Part shown: in pieces, positions 19,740-30,575 of the stretch | How positions within the stretch are numbered: the stretch's first letter is position 1 | Layout of the letters: the number at the start of each line of letters is the position of its first letter | NCBI GenBank assembly: GCA_963707915.1 | Contig: OY970178.1 | Coordinates: 1,600,001-1,664,000, forward strand | DNA length: 64,000 bases | From: Candidatus Eiseniibacteriota bacterium | GTDB lineage: Bacteria; Eisenbacteria; RBG-16-71-46 | Reading direction: 5' to 3' | The notes under the pieces: model-generated | The model's database searches: none | Told to the model about the DNA's origin: nothing | The model's input: the letters and a program-made list of their open reading frames with translations, nothing else | Made by a program: the position numbers and the translations under genes

Positions 19740-21719
19740 GTGCTTGCCCGATTGAAGGGGCTCCTGCTCGGCGGCCCCAAGAACCTCCTCGACCCGCGCA
19801 TCCATCACAACCTCGCCCTGGTGGCCATGCTGGCCTGGATCGGGCTGGGCGCCGACGGGCTCTCGTCCTCCTCGTACGGCCCCGAGGAGGCGTTCCTCAA
19901 CCTCGGCGGGCACACCCATCTCGCCCTGTACCTGATGGTGGCGACGGTGGTCACCGTCTTCCTGATCTCCGCCTCCTACAGCCAGATCATCGAGCTGTTC
20001 CCCACCGGCGGCGGCGGCTACCTGGTGGGCACCAAGCTGCTGGGGCCCACCGCCGGCATCGTCTCGGGCAGCGCGCTGGTCATCGACTACGTCCTGACCA
20101 TCGCCATCTCGACCGCCGCGGGCGTCGAGGCCATCTTCTCCTTCCTGCCGCCCGAGCTGCAACCCCTGAAGCTGCCGACCGAGCTCCTGGTGGTGACCCT
20201 GCTGACGGGGCTGAACCTGCGCGGGGTCAAGGAATCGATCCTGGTGCTCACCCCGATCTTCCTGACGTTCATGCTGACCCACATCCCGCTCATCCTCTAC
20301 GGCGTGCTGCGCCACTCGAACGCACTGCCCACGCTGATGGCCGACACCGTGACCGACACCCACCAGGCCGTCGCGGAGCTGGGCGCGCTGGGCGTCGCCG
20401 CGGTCTTCCTGCGGGCCTTCTCGATGGGCGGCGGCACCTACACCGGCATCGAGGCCGTCAGCAACAGCACCGACATCCTGCGCGAGCCGCGGGTCGCGAC
20501 CGGCAAGCGCACCATGCTCTACATGGCCACCTCGCTCTCGTTCACCGCCGGCGGCATCCTGCTCTGCTACCTGCTGAACGGCGTGCAGCGCCAGCCCGGC
20601 CGGACCCTGAACGCCTCGCTCTGGGACATCCTCACCGGCGGCTGGAACCTGGGCGGGTTCCCGATCGGCCCGCTGGTGGTCGCGATCACGCTGGTCTCGG
20701 AGGGCGCGCTGCTGTTCGTGGCGGTGCAGACCGGGTTCACCGCGGGACCGCGCACGCTCGCGGCCATGGCGGTGGACGAGTGGGTCCCCAAGCGCATGGC
20801 CCACCTCTCCGAGCGGCTGGTGACCCAGAACGGGGTCATCGCCATGGGGCTCGCCGCGGTCGCGGTGCTGGTCTACACGCTCGGCGCGGTCAAGATCCTG
20901 ATCGTCATGTACTCGATCAACGTGTTCATGACCTTCACCCTCAGCCAGCTGGGCATGGTGCGCCACTGGTGGCAGATGCGCGGCGAGGGCGGGCACTGGC
21001 GGCGCCGCATGATCGTGGCGATGACCGGCACGTCCGTGACCGCGACCGTGCTGGTCGTGACGTCGGTGATCAAGTTCCGCGAGGGCGGCTGGGTGACGCT
21101 GATCGCCACCGGGGGGCTGATCGCCTTCTGCTACCTGGTGCGGTCGCACTACCACCGGGTGCGCAGCATGCTGCGCTCGCTCGACGAGGTGCTGGGGAAC
21201 CTGCCCCTGAGCGAGCACGGCGCCCCGGCGGAGCTGGCCACCGAGGGCCCCACCGCCATCGTGCTGGTCGAGTCCTTCAGCGGCCTGGGCATCCACACGC
21301 TGCTCTCGGTCGTGCGGATGTTCCCGCGCCACTACAAGAACTTCGTCTTCTGCGCCGTGGGCCTGGTGGACTCGGGGCAGTTCAAGGGGGCGAAGGACGT
21401 CGAGGCGCTCGAGGCCAAGGTGCGCGCCGACCTCGAGAAGTACGTGGCGCTGGCGCAGCGCATGGGCGCCTACGCCGAGTATCGCTACACCCTCGGCACC
21501 GACCTGATCTCCGAGCTCGAGGCGATGAGCCTCGACGTCACCCGCGAGTTCCGGCGCTGCGTGGTGTTCGCCGGGCAACTGGTGTTCCAGAAGGAGAACC
21601 TCTTCACCCGCTCGCTCCACCACGAGACCGCCTTCTCGGTCCAGCGCCGGCTGCAATTCCGCGGCGTGCAGGTCGTGATCCTGCCGATCCGCGTCTGGGA
21701 CCACATCCAGGTCGCCTGA
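19740..21719 (+). CDS. APC family permease (KimA/YdaO-like)
   Basis: GADGLSSSSYGPEE, GGGGY, DYVLT, TGIEAVSN; about 12 TMs plus a cytoplasmic C-terminal domain. Confidence 0.88.
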   Translation: MLARLKGLLLGGPKNLLDPRIHHNLALVAMLAWIGLGADGLSSSSYGPEEAFLNLGGHTHLALYLMVATVVTVFLISASYSQIIELFPTGGGGYLVGTKLLGPTAGIVSGSALVIDYVLTIAISTAAGVEAIFSFLPPELQPLKLPTELLVVTLLTGLNLRGVKESILVLTPIFLTFMLTHIPLILYGVLRHSNALPTLMADTVTDTHQAVAELGALGVAAVFLRAFSMGGGTYTGIEAVSNSTDILREPRVATGKRTMLYMATSLSFTAGGILLCYLLNGVQRQPGRTLNASLWDILTGGWNLGGFPIGPLVVAITLVSEGALLFVAVQTGFTAGPRTLAAMAVDEWVPKRMAHLSERLVTQNGVIAMGLAAVAVLVYTLGAVKILIVMYSINVFMTFTLSQLGMVRHWWQMRGEGGHWRRRMIVAMTGTSVTATVLVVTSVIKFREGGWVTLIATGGLIAFCYLVRSHYHRVRSMLRSLDEVLGNLPLSEHGAPAELATEGPTAIVLVESFSGLGIHTLLSVVRMFPRHYKNFVFCAVGLVDSGQFKGAKDVEALEAKVRADLEKYVALAQRMGAYAEYRYTLGTDLISELEAMSLDVTREFRRCVVFAGQLVFQKENLFTRSLHHETAFSVQRRLQFRGVQVVILPIRVWDHIQVA

Positions 21720-21741
21720 GTCCGCCGGCCAGGAGGGAATC

Positions 21742-22518
21742 ATGATCGCCATCGACCTGAGCGGCAGGCATGCCCTCGTCATGGGCGTGGCCAACCACCG
21801 CAGTCTTTCGTGGGCCATCGCGCAGCAGCTGCACCGGGCGGGCGCCCGGCTGTGCCTCACCTACGCCGGCGAGCGGTTGCGGGCCGACGTCGAGCAGCTG
21901 GCCTCGCGCCTGCCCGGCACGATGACCCTCTCCTGCGACGTGACCGAGGACCGCAGCATCACCGCCGTCGCGCGGCGGCTGCAGCGCGAATGGGGCTCGG
22001 TCGAGTGCCTGGTCCACGGCATCGCCTACGCGCGCCGGCAGGATCTCGAGGGCCGGTTCGTCGCGACCTCGCGCGAGGGCTTCCAGATCGCGCTCGAGGT
22101 CAGCGCCTACTCGCTGCTCAACGTCACCCACCACGTGCTCCCGTTGCTCGAGCGTCACGGGGCGAGCATCCTCACGCTCTCCTACCTTGCCGCCGAGCGA
22201 GCGGTGCCCAACTACAACGTCATGGGCAGCGCCAAGGCGGTGCTCGAGCAGAGCGTGCGCCAGCTGGCCTGGGAGCTGGGCCCGAAGGAGATCCGCGTGA
22301 ACGCCATCTCGGCCGGTCCGGTGAGCACCCTGGCCGCGCGCGGCGTCCACGGCTTCGTCGGCATGCTGCGGCATCACGCCGAGCGCGCGCCCCTGCGGCG
22401 CAACATCACGCGCGAAGAGGTCGGCTCGGCGGGGCTCTTCATGCTCTCGGACCTGTCGAGCGGCATCACCGGCGAGACCCTCTACGTGGACGCCGGGTAC
22501 CACGTGATGGGGCTGTAG
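21742..22518 (+). CDS. fabI: Enoyl-ACP reductase
   Basis: GVANHRSLSWAIA, SAYSL, PNYNVMGSAKA, NAISAGPV, ITGETLYVDAG; RBS GGAGG. Confidence 0.93.
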   Translation: MIAIDLSGRHALVMGVANHRSLSWAIAQQLHRAGARLCLTYAGERLRADVEQLASRLPGTMTLSCDVTEDRSITAVARRLQREWGSVECLVHGIAYARRQDLEGRFVATSREGFQIALEVSAYSLLNVTHHVLPLLERHGASILTLSYLAAERAVPNYNVMGSAKAVLEQSVRQLAWELGPKEIRVNAISAGPVSTLAARGVHGFVGMLRHHAERAPLRRNITREEVGSAGLFMLSDLSSGITGETLYVDAGYHVMGL

Positions 22519-22684
22519 CGCCGGACCCGGCCGGGCCGCCCCGGAACCGGCATGCTGCGGCACGCCGCACGCGTGCCGCGGCGTTGCAGGGCGGCTGGTG
22601 AAATGCGATGATCGCCACTTCTCGGGCCTCGGCGTCCCCCCGTGCACGGGTCGGGCCGATCGCCCCGGCAACCGGAGGCTTCCC

Positions 22685-23227
22685 ATGTCCGTCAAGCGTC
22701 CTGCCTGCATCGCGGTCGCGCTGCTCGTGCTCGCGTCCGTCGCTCTCACCGCGCCCGGCCGGGCGAACGCCGGCACCTGCATCCCGGCGAACTCCGCCGG
22801 GATCTCCGCCACCGTCGCCGGCGCGCTCCCGGCGATCCCCCGCTCGTTCCGGGCCGGTGGGTTCCTCGCCACGGAGCTCCCCGCGGCCGGCGGGAACCTC
22901 GGCGCAGCGCCGCTGGTGACGCTGCTCGCCGCCCCCTCGATCCTGGTCGTCGAGACCCGCGCGATGGCCGGCGCGCCGAGCGTGCTGGCCGCCGGTGCGC
23001 GACCGTCCTCGTCGCGCCCCGCCGGCGGGAGGTCCTTCGTGCAGGTCGCCGCGACCGTGGGAGCCTGCGTGGGGGCCGTCTTCTGCCTCTCCACCAGCTT
23101 CTCGAAGAGCAGCGACGGGAAGCGGGTCGCCGGCATGAATCGCTATGCCGTGCCGGTGGTGTCGATCGGCGCGGGCGCGGCGGCTGGGGCGCTCATCGGC
23201 ACGACCTTCGAGAAGTTCTCACGCTAG
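22685..23227 (+). CDS. Hypothetical exported/membrane protein
   Basis: GGAGG RBS, signal-like N-terminus, two glycine-zipper-like hydrophobic helices at the C-terminus. Confidence 0.5.
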   Translation: MSVKRPACIAVALLVLASVALTAPGRANAGTCIPANSAGISATVAGALPAIPRSFRAGGFLATELPAAGGNLGAAPLVTLLAAPSILVVETRAMAGAPSVLAAGARPSSSRPAGGRSFVQVAATVGACVGAVFCLSTSFSKSSDGKRVAGMNRYAVPVVSIGAGAAAGALIGTTFEKFSR

Positions 23228-24120
23228 CCGAACCGGCGGACCTGGCGCTGGACGCGCGAGTACGCGAGCTGGCGCGCACCGCCCGCTGGACGCCGCGCGC
23301 GCGGACCTGGACGCTCCTGGCCGATGGCCGCTTCTACAAGATCGACCGCCAGGGCGACGACCCGGCCGCCGACCTCGTCCACCCCGGGGCGTGCGCGCGG
23401 GCGGAGGTCGAGTACGCGCTGACCGGCCGGCTGGCGGCGCTGGACGGGGCCATCGCCCGCCCGCTCGCCCGCGTGGACGCGTGCATCGTGGCCCACGCGC
23501 TGGCGGGCGACGACCTCTCCGCCCTGCTGCGGCGGCGTGACCCTTCGGGCCCGAGCGCGCTCGAGGCGGCCATGGCGCTGGCGGGCCGGCTGCACCGGGC
23601 CGGTGGCGCCGCGCTCGCCGGGCTGCCCGTCCACGACTACGCGGGCGATCCCTACCGGCCGGCTCCCCCGGCGATCGTGGCGCGCCTGCGCGCCCGGCCG
23701 CGGACCCTGGTGGTGCGCGGCTTCGAGGTGCGCAACCTCATGACGGACCGTCCCGGCGGGGCGCTGCGCTTCTTCGACCCGCACGAGATCGTGCTCGGCG
23801 CGCCCGAGGAGGACGTCACGCGGTTCCTGCTCTCGCTGCTCATGCTGAACTGGGGCCGCCACGCGAAGGCGCTCGCGTGGAAGCGATTCGACGCCGCGCG
23901 GCTGATCGGGGTCTACGAGGCGGCGAGCGGGGTGCCGCTCGACCGCGAGTTGCTCGCCTACACGTTCGCACTCAACGCCGCGATGCGCCGGGCGCATGGC
24001 CGCCGCGCGGCCGCGGAGCTGGGCGGGTGGCAGGCGTGGGCGGCCGCGCTCTACGGCCGCGCGTACTTCTGGCAGATCGGGAACTGGGGACGACGACATG
24101 GCATTCGACTACGAGGCTGA
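23224..24120 (+). CDS. APH/protein-kinase-like fold protein with degenerate catalytic loop (start unclear)
   Basis: FYKIDR, RAEVEY, LAGRLH, VRGFEVRNLM, FFDPHE and PEEDVTRFL occur in phosphotransferase motif order. There is no obvious ATG. Confidence 0.5.
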   Translation, partial: LAEPADLALDARVRELARTARWTPRARTWTLLADGRFYKIDRQGDDPAADLVHPGACARAEVEYALTGRLAALDGAIARPLARVDACIVAHALAGDDLSALLRRRDPSGPSALEAAMALAGRLHRAGGAALAGLPVHDYAGDPYRPAPPAIVARLRARPRTLVVRGFEVRNLMTDRPGGALRFFDPHEIVLGAPEEDVTRFLLSLLMLNWGRHAKALAWKRFDAARLIGVYEAASGVPLDRELLAYTFALNAAMRRAHGRRAAAELGGWQAWAAALYGRAYFWQIGNWGRRHGIRLRG

Positions 24121-24772
24121 GACCCGCAAGCACTACCAGGATGACGCCGCGGCCGCCGACTACCACGAGGCCTTCGCGCGGCGGCGCGGCTGGCGGGCCT
24201 GGCGCTTCCGGGTCGTGGCCGGGCGCGAACGCGCCTCGGTCGGGGCCCTGCTCGCCCGCGTGCCGCACGGGACCATCCTCGACCTGCCCACCGGGAGCGG
24301 CAAGCTCGCTCCGCTGCTGGCGCCCACGGGGGCGCGCGTCACCGCCTGCGACCTCTCGCCCAACATGCTGGCGATCGCCCGCCGGGAATACGCCGCCGCG
24401 GGGATGGCGGACGCGCGTTTCGAGGTCTGCGACGCCGAGCGCATCGGCTCGACGCTGGGCGGGCGTTTCGACGTGGCGGTGTGCCTGCGCCTCATGCACC
24501 GCGTGCCCGCCCCGGTGCGGCGCGGTATCCTGCGGGAGCTGGCCGCGGTGGCGGGGCACACCATCGTCTCGTTCGGGGTCGAGACGGCGTGGCATGCGCT
24601 GCGCCGACGGATCCGGCAGGCCCTGTTCGGCGGCGGCGCCGACCCGCTCTGCTACGCGCCGATCGCCGCGATCCGCGCCGAACTGGCCGAGCACTTCGAG
24701 GTGGTCGAGGCCCGCAGGATCCTGCCGCTGGTCTCGCAGGAGTGGGTGTTCCTGGTGAGACCCCGGGCCTAG
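24098..24772 (+). CDS. Class I SAM-dependent methyltransferase
   Basis: ILDLPTGSGK, ACDLSPNML, CDAE, FDVAVCLRLMH. Confidence 0.88.
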   Translation: MAFDYEAETRKHYQDDAAAADYHEAFARRRGWRAWRFRVVAGRERASVGALLARVPHGTILDLPTGSGKLAPLLAPTGARVTACDLSPNMLAIARREYAAAGMADARFEVCDAERIGSTLGGRFDVAVCLRLMHRVPAPVRRGILRELAAVAGHTIVSFGVETAWHALRRRIRQALFGGGADPLCYAPIAAIRAELAEHFEVVEARRILPLVSQEWVFLVRPRA

Positions 24773-26432
24773 AGCCTGAACAACACCGTCACCAGCACCT
24801 GCGCCAGCAGGATCTTGGCGATCATCGAGGCCGGGTAGACGCTCGCGTACCACTCGTTCGGCATGTCGTTGCCGCTGTGCTGCGTGGCGAAGGCCAGGCA
24901 CGCCGGCTGGGTGTGCATCGCCGGAGACCATGCCCATCACCGCGGACATGGGCAGCCGGAGAAAGCGGTAGCCGACCAGGACGCCGCCCACCGCCACCAC
25001 CGCGGTGATGGCCGCGCCGACCGCGATGGCGAGGCCGCCGCCCTCGCGCGAAGGTCCCGGCGAAACCCTGGCCCGCGCGCGTGCCGACGCCGGCCAGGAA
25101 GAAGACGAGCCCGAGCTGGCGCAGCACCAGGTTCGCCTCGAAGGGCAGTCCCCAGGTGACCGGCCCGGTGCGCTCCAGCCGGCCCAGGATCAGCGCCATG
25201 ATGAGCGGCCCGCCGGCGAAGCCCAGCCGGAAGGTCATGCCGTTGGGCAGCGGCAGCGGGATCATCCCCAGCAGCACGCCGAGCACGATCCCCAGCGACA
25301 GCGAGAGGAAGTCGGTCTCGGAGAGCGCGCGGATGGAGTCGCCGAAGTACTTCGAGACGCGCTCCAGGTCCTCGGCGGGGGCGACCACGCGGACGCGGTC
25401 CCCCAGCTCCAGCACCGTGTCGGACGAGGGCACGAAGTCGGCGTCGCCGCGGCGCAGCCGGGTGATGGTGGCGTTGAAGCGCTCGAGCTGGACCTGGGCC
25501 ACGGTGCGGCCCACGACCTCGTGGCTCGAGACGAAGATGCGCCGGTAGGTGATGCCCGCCGCCTGCGGGACCGGCAGGTGCTCGTTGCACTCCTCGCCGA
25601 GCAGCACGCGGGCGCGCACCAGCGACTCCGCGGTGCCCACCGCCACCACCTGGTCACCGGCGGAGAGCCGCGTGTCCGGCAGGGCCACCACCAGCCGGTC
25701 GCCCTGGCGCACCCGGCTCAGGACGAAGCCCGGGTCCGCCATCAGCGCCAGGGTCTCCTTCACCGTGAGCCCGAACAGGCCCGGGTTGGTCACGCGGTAG
25801 GTGCGCGACTCGATCGCGCCGCCGCCGGCGGTCTTGCGTCGCTCGGCCTCCTCGCGCGCGAAGTCGATGCGGAACAGCCGCGAGAACCCCCAGAAGGCCA
25901 GCAGCACGCCCAGCACGCCGAAGGGGTAGGCCAGGCCGAACGCCACCACCGGCCGCGCCAGCAGCGCGCCGACCTCGGCCGCCGGTTGCCCGGCGCTGAG
26001 CTGCTTCAGGGTCTCCACCGTCGCCGCCAGCGCCGGCGTGTTGGTGAGGGCCCCGCAGAACAGGCCGGCGATCTCCGCGCCCGGCAGCCGCGCCAGGCGC
26101 CCGACCAGCAGCGCGGTCACCGCGCCCGCCACCAGGAGGCCGACCGCCACGAGGTTGAGCTTCATGCCGCGCTTGCCGAACGAAGCGAAGAAGCCCGGCC
26201 CCGACTGCAGCCCCACGGCATACACGAACAGCACCAGTCCGATGACGTAGACGTACTCGGGCAGGGCCAGCGCCGGGTCCAGCGCCCCGATCGCCAGCCC
26301 GACGAAGAGCACGGCGCTCACCCCCAGGCTGAAGCCGAACACCCGGGCGCTGCCCACGAGGTAACCCAGGCCGATCACGCTGAACAGCAGCAGCAGCGGG
26401 TTGGAGGCGAGCAACTGGATGATCTGCGGCAT
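24769..26432 (-). CDS. AspT/YidE/YbjL antiporter with two TrkA-C domains, frameshifts near 25045 and 24920
   Basis: LGVSAVLFVGL, GLQSGPGFF, GALTNTPALA, GGPLIMAL; C-terminus MHTQPACLAFA...YASVYP continues in other frames. Confidence 0.88.
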
Positions 26433-26583
26433 GCGTCCTCGGTTCCTGCGGATCGGGTTCGGCGCCGGCCACCGGGCCTGCGGAGGGTCGAATCGGCCCG
26501 CGCAGTCTAGCAGGCCGCGGACCCCGGGGCACGACAGGCCACGGCCCGCGGCGGGCCGCGACGGACCGGATCACGATCCGCGA

Positions 26584-27660
26584 TCACCGCTCCGCGACCG
26601 GCAGGTAGGGCGCCAGCTCGTGACGGAGCAACGGCACCAGGCGCTCCTCGTCGACCCGCTCCCACAACACCGCGAGCGCCCGCTCCCGGTCCCGCACATC
26701 CGTGCCGAGGAACTCCGCGTGCGCGAGCGATACACGGCCGATGGCTCGGCCTCCATCGCACGCGATCAACTCGCCGGACAGCGCGAGGCGGCACAGTGGT
26801 CCGAACGGTCCGGCCTCCCACTTGATCTCGGGGGTCAGCCGCAACTGGTAGCCGCCCTCGGGGCAATCGCGCGGCATGGCGCCGAGCCCGAGGCGGGCCA
26901 GCGCGCCGCCCACGCTGGCGGCCAGCCGCGGGCCGACGTCCGGGCCGCCGCCGACCTCGAGCCCGAGCCGCACGACCGAGAGCCGTTTCGCCCGCGCCAG
27001 CTCCACCCGCTCGTAGAGCGCGGCGTCGGCCACGTAGGGCGGGTGCTCGCGGCGCGTGACGGCGCGCACGCCGAAGGCCGCCTGCGTGAGCCGCGCGAAG
27101 CCCGCCTCGGCACGTCGCAGCGTGGCCGACCAGGCCGGCACGTCGGCGCCCGGCCGGGCGAGGTCCGCCACCGCGGCGCGGAAGTCGAGCGCGGCGAGCT
27201 GGTAGTCAGCTGCCAGGGCGTCCGCGGCCTCGGCGCGCGACAGCCGCGCGACCGCGTGATAGAGGCCCCGCTCGAAGCGCCGCGCCGCGGGGTCGGTGCG
27301 GATCATCTCGGCGTGGGCGAAGGACGTCCGGGTGGCGGTCTCCGAGAGCAGGCGCTGGGAATCCTCGATCACGCCGTCGCGCGAGGTGGAGCTCATGACC
27401 GTGGTGAGCACGGCGCTCATCTCCGACTGCACCTGCGCGGCGACCTGGGCGCGCGCCTGCGACTCCGCCTGCTCGAAGCCGGTGTCGCTCACGCCCTCCG
27501 CCACGATGTACTGCGAGGCGGAGTAGCGCTGCGCTCCTCCGCGCGCGGCCGGCACGCCCGGCGACGTGCCCGCGCACGAGCCCAGGACCGCGGCCAGCCC
27601 CAGGGCGCCCGCAGCACGCAGCAGGCACGCCCGGAACCGCGACCGCCTCGCCGCCCGCAT
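26584..27660 (-). CDS. LPP20-like lipoprotein
   Basis: Lipobox VLGSC; YIVAEGVS...AESQARAQVAAQV LPP20-type segment. Confidence 0.65.
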   Translation of the reverse strand: MRAARRSRFRACLLRAAGALGLAAVLGSCAGTSPGVPAARGGAQRYSASQYIVAEGVSDTGFEQAESQARAQVAAQVQSEMSAVLTTVMSSTSRDGVIEDSQRLLSETATRTSFAHAEMIRTDPAARRFERGLYHAVARLSRAEAADALAADYQLAALDFRAAVADLARPGADVPAWSATLRRAEAGFARLTQAAFGVRAVTRREHPPYVADAALYERVELARAKRLSVVRLGLEVGGGPDVGPRLAASVGGALARLGLGAMPRDCPEGGYQLRLTPEIKWEAGPFGPLCRLALSGELIACDGGRAIGRVSLAHAEFLGTDVRDRERALAVLWERVDEERLVPLLRHELAPYLPVAER

Positions 27661-27706
27661 CACCGTCCTCCCTGCCTCCGGCACCGATGTCCCCGCTCGA
27701 AGGCGC

Positions 27707-29716
27707 TCACTCGAGCGCGTGGTCCGCGTGGCCCGCCGGCATCCGGAACAGGTCGTCCGCCAGCGGAGGGTTCAGCTTCACGCTCGTGACCCTGGCGTCC
27801 ATGACGGTCCGGCCGTCCAGCAAGGTCTGCTCCCGGCGCGGGTAGCGGATGCGGCCGACCGGCTTCCAGTCGGCGTAGATCTCGGTGGCCCGCGCCGGCC
27901 CGCCGTCCGCGCCCTCTCCCTGGTATTCCATGCGCGCGAGCGCGCCGTCGGGCGCGAAGTAGAGCCGCCAGTCGCGCGTGGTCTCGCTCCGGACGCGCGC
28001 GGCGCGCAGGACGACTCCGTCCACGGTCCGGGGTTCGTCCAGCGCCTCGACCTGGAACGCGCCGGGCTCGCTGAACAGCCGCAGGATCGAGCGCTCGTAC
28101 TGTCTCCTCAGCTCCTCGCCCGCCCGGGGCTCGTCCCGCACCCGGCCGCGATCGGAGTCCCAGCCGCGGGTGCCGTCGAAGCCGCGCGCGAACGCGCCCA
28201 GCTCGAAGCGGCGCGTGGCCCGGTAGTGGTCCGGGACCCGCCAGTGGATCGTGCTGGCGATGGTCCGGGCCCGTCCCTGGATGCTGGCGGTCTCCACGCG
28301 CGTGACACTGATGCTGCGGATCGCCGCCCACGCCGCGCTCCCGCCGGCCAGGCCGACCGCCTTCGCCAGCAGCGCATGCCCCCGGGCCGCCGGCGTGGCC
28401 GGGCCACCGGGGCCGACGGCGGGCGCCACTGCGACCGGCCTGCGCAGCGTGGCCTCGACCCTGACGAGCTGCCGCTCGACGACGCCCACCGAGTCCGTCC
28501 ACTGCGCTCCGTCGAGCCGCACGGCGACCGAGTGCCGTCCGACCAGCGCCTTGACCGTGCACGGCGTCGTGCCCACCTCCACTCCGTCGAGCAGCACGCG
28601 GGCCGCGGCGGCATCGCCGCCCGCGCCCCGCGCCGACACGCGGAGGGCCCCTTCGCGCGGGGCCGGCGCGAGGACGACCGTCCGCCGCTCGCCGCGCGCC
28701 AGCACAATCCGTTCGCCGCGCTCGTCGTAGCGCGGATCGCCGGCCCGCACCTCGTGCGTGCCGGGTGGCAGCTCGCGCAGCACGACCGGGGTCGCGCCCG
28801 CCGGTCTCCCGTCGATGGTCACCGCCAGCCCCGGCGGCGTGCTCGTCACCGTCAACCAGCCGAAGTCCGGGTCCAGCGCCCAGCTCAGTCTCGGCGGGGT
28901 GCCGCGCCGCGCGACCTCCACGACCTCCCGCCGCGGGAGGTAGCGCTCCTTCTGCATCGTGACCACCACGGCCCCCACCGGGAGCTCCCGGCTGCACGGT
29001 GTCGCCTGGCAGACCACCCGGCCGTCGACCATCACGACGGCGCCGGCGGGATCCGACGCGAAGGCCACCACCGCGGCGGAGTCGCCCGGAGGAGACCAGG
29101 CGCCGCGGGCCTCCGCGTCGAGACGCCCCTCCACGGCCCCGCCGGCGCCCGCGTCGCCGCGGACCTTCGCAAACAGCCGCCCGCAGGCCCCCGCCACCCC
29201 GTTCTCGATGTCGACCGGCCTCGCTCCCGCGGCCGTCTCGCTGCCGAGGAACGCGCCCGAGACGCAGTGGTGCGCCTTGAGGTTCATCCGCAGCTCGTCC
29301 CCGAACTTCAGGATCTCCCCGGTCACGATGTAGTCGGCGCCGATCCTGCGGCCCACCTCGACCTCGCACGCGCTCGAGAGGCAGTCCACCAGCCTCACGC
29401 CGGGGGGCAGCAACTGCTGGATGCTCTCGCGCGTCATCACCAGGAACGGGCCCGGAGGCAGGGCCTGGCTGGCTTCGCCGCGCACCCGGTCGGTGAGGTA
29501 GGCGGTCTCGGCGACGCTCAGGCCGGCGTCGTTGCGCAGCTCCAGCACCGCGAGCTTCACGGCGCCGGCGCGGGCGGTCGGGGCCCACGACGCCGCGAGG
29601 ACGAGCAGCGCGGCGACGGCCAGTCCCCTCCCGGGAGGCGGCGCCCGCCGCGCTCCGGTGCCTGGGCTTCTCTTCTTCGACGGGTCGAGCGGCCTACTTG
29701 CCGTCAGCCTGGCCAT
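27707..29716 (-). CDS. PEGA-repeat protein with N-terminal CsgG/TolB-N-like domain and C-terminal LolA-like domain
   Basis: LAVLELRN...CEVEVGRRIGADYIVTG; PEGA repeats (SDPAGAVVMVDG, STPPGLAVTIDG..GATP); C-terminal AVGLAGG..AW..I...GFDG. Confidence 0.7.
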   Translation of the reverse strand: MARLTASRPLDPSKKRSPGTGARRAPPPGRGLAVAALLVLAASWAPTARAGAVKLAVLELRNDAGLSVAETAYLTDRVRGEASQALPPGPFLVMTRESIQQLLPPGVRLVDCLSSACEVEVGRRIGADYIVTGEILKFGDELRMNLKAHHCVSGAFLGSETAAGARPVDIENGVAGACGRLFAKVRGDAGAGGAVEGRLDAEARGAWSPPGDSAAVVAFASDPAGAVVMVDGRVVCQATPCSRELPVGAVVVTMQKERYLPRREVVEVARRGTPPRLSWALDPDFGWLTVTSTPPGLAVTIDGRPAGATPVVLRELPPGTHEVRAGDPRYDERGERIVLARGERRTVVLAPAPREGALRVSARGAGGDAAAARVLLDGVEVGTTPCTVKALVGRHSVAVRLDGAQWTDSVGVVERQLVRVEATLRRPVAVAPAVGPGGPATPAARGHALLAKAVGLAGGSAAWAAIRSISVTRVETASIQGRARTIASTIHWRVPDHYRATRRFELGAFARGFDGTRGWDSDRGRVRDEPRAGEELRRQYERSILRLFSEPGAFQVEALDEPRTVDGVVLRAARVRSETTRDWRLYFAPDGALARMEYQGEGADGGPARATEIYADWKPVGRIRYPRREQTLLDGRTVMDARVTSVKLNPPLADDLFRMPAGHADHALE

Positions 29717-30311
29717 TGGTGGCGCGGTCGAGCTCTTCGAACGCCTTGTCGGCACGTTCCACGACCGCCTGGCGGACGGACTCGCTCAGGGCCGTCATGC
29801 GACGGACGGTGTCCTTGAACCCGTCGACATTCAGCCGGCAGAGCGCGTAGTAGGTCCCCGAATCGCTGGTCCAGGAGTCCACGATCTCGGTGCCGGAGAC
29901 CGTCATGTCGGTGATCTGCTTCGACACGTCGACGATGTGCTGCTCGTCGGCGGCGGACGTGCCGAATTCCACGCCCCCGGTCGTCGTGGCCTGGTAGTCC
30001 TTCAGCATCGAGGCCACGCGGACCGCCAGCGAGCGGGCGATCTCGGTGCGTGCCCGGCCCATCGCCGCCTCGCGGGCGAGCCCGACGTTGCGCGTCCCTC
30101 CGACGGAACCCACCCCGCAAACGAACTTGGCGCGCTCGGCCTCCTTGAAGTAGCAGCCGCCGCCCCGGGTCACCCAGCAGGGCGCGCCGGCGAGTTCCTC
30201 GCGCATGACGGTGGCCGGCGGCTTCGGCCGGCTCGCGGCGCAGCCCGAACCGATGAACGCCGAGACCGCCACGGCGAAGAGCGCGCACGTACGAAGGGAT
30301 CGTGCTTCCAT
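29694..30311 (-). CDS. LPP20 family lipoprotein
   Basis: Lipobox IGSGC; APCWV, GVGS...AREAAMGRARTEIARSL, YALCRL. Confidence 0.8.
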   Translation of the reverse strand: MEARSLRTCALFAVAVSAFIGSGCAASRPKPPATVMREELAGAPCWVTRGGGCYFKEAERAKFVCGVGSVGGTRNVGLAREAAMGRARTEIARSLAVRVASMLKDYQATTTGGVEFGTSAADEQHIVDVSKQITDMTVSGTEIVDSWTSDSGTYYALCRLNVDGFKDTVRRMTALSESVRQAVVERADKAFEELDRATNGQADGK

Positions 30312-30575
30312 GAAGTCCTCCCAGGTTGCGGTTTGCACCACCCGACCAGCACCCCGACATGGTACCAGAAGGTGGCGTGGACCGGGACCGGGACCGCGCC
30401 CGGAACGCGACGGTCGTCCCGGAGCCTTTGACAGGTCCGGCCCCGTGGTGGACCCTGAGGGCCGACTGCAGACGGAAGCGCGCCGGGCGCACCGGGGCGC
30501 GGGCATCCGGCCCGACCGGGCCGGATGGCCATCGATCCGTCCGGACCGACACGACACAGGCAACGAGAGGTCGAG

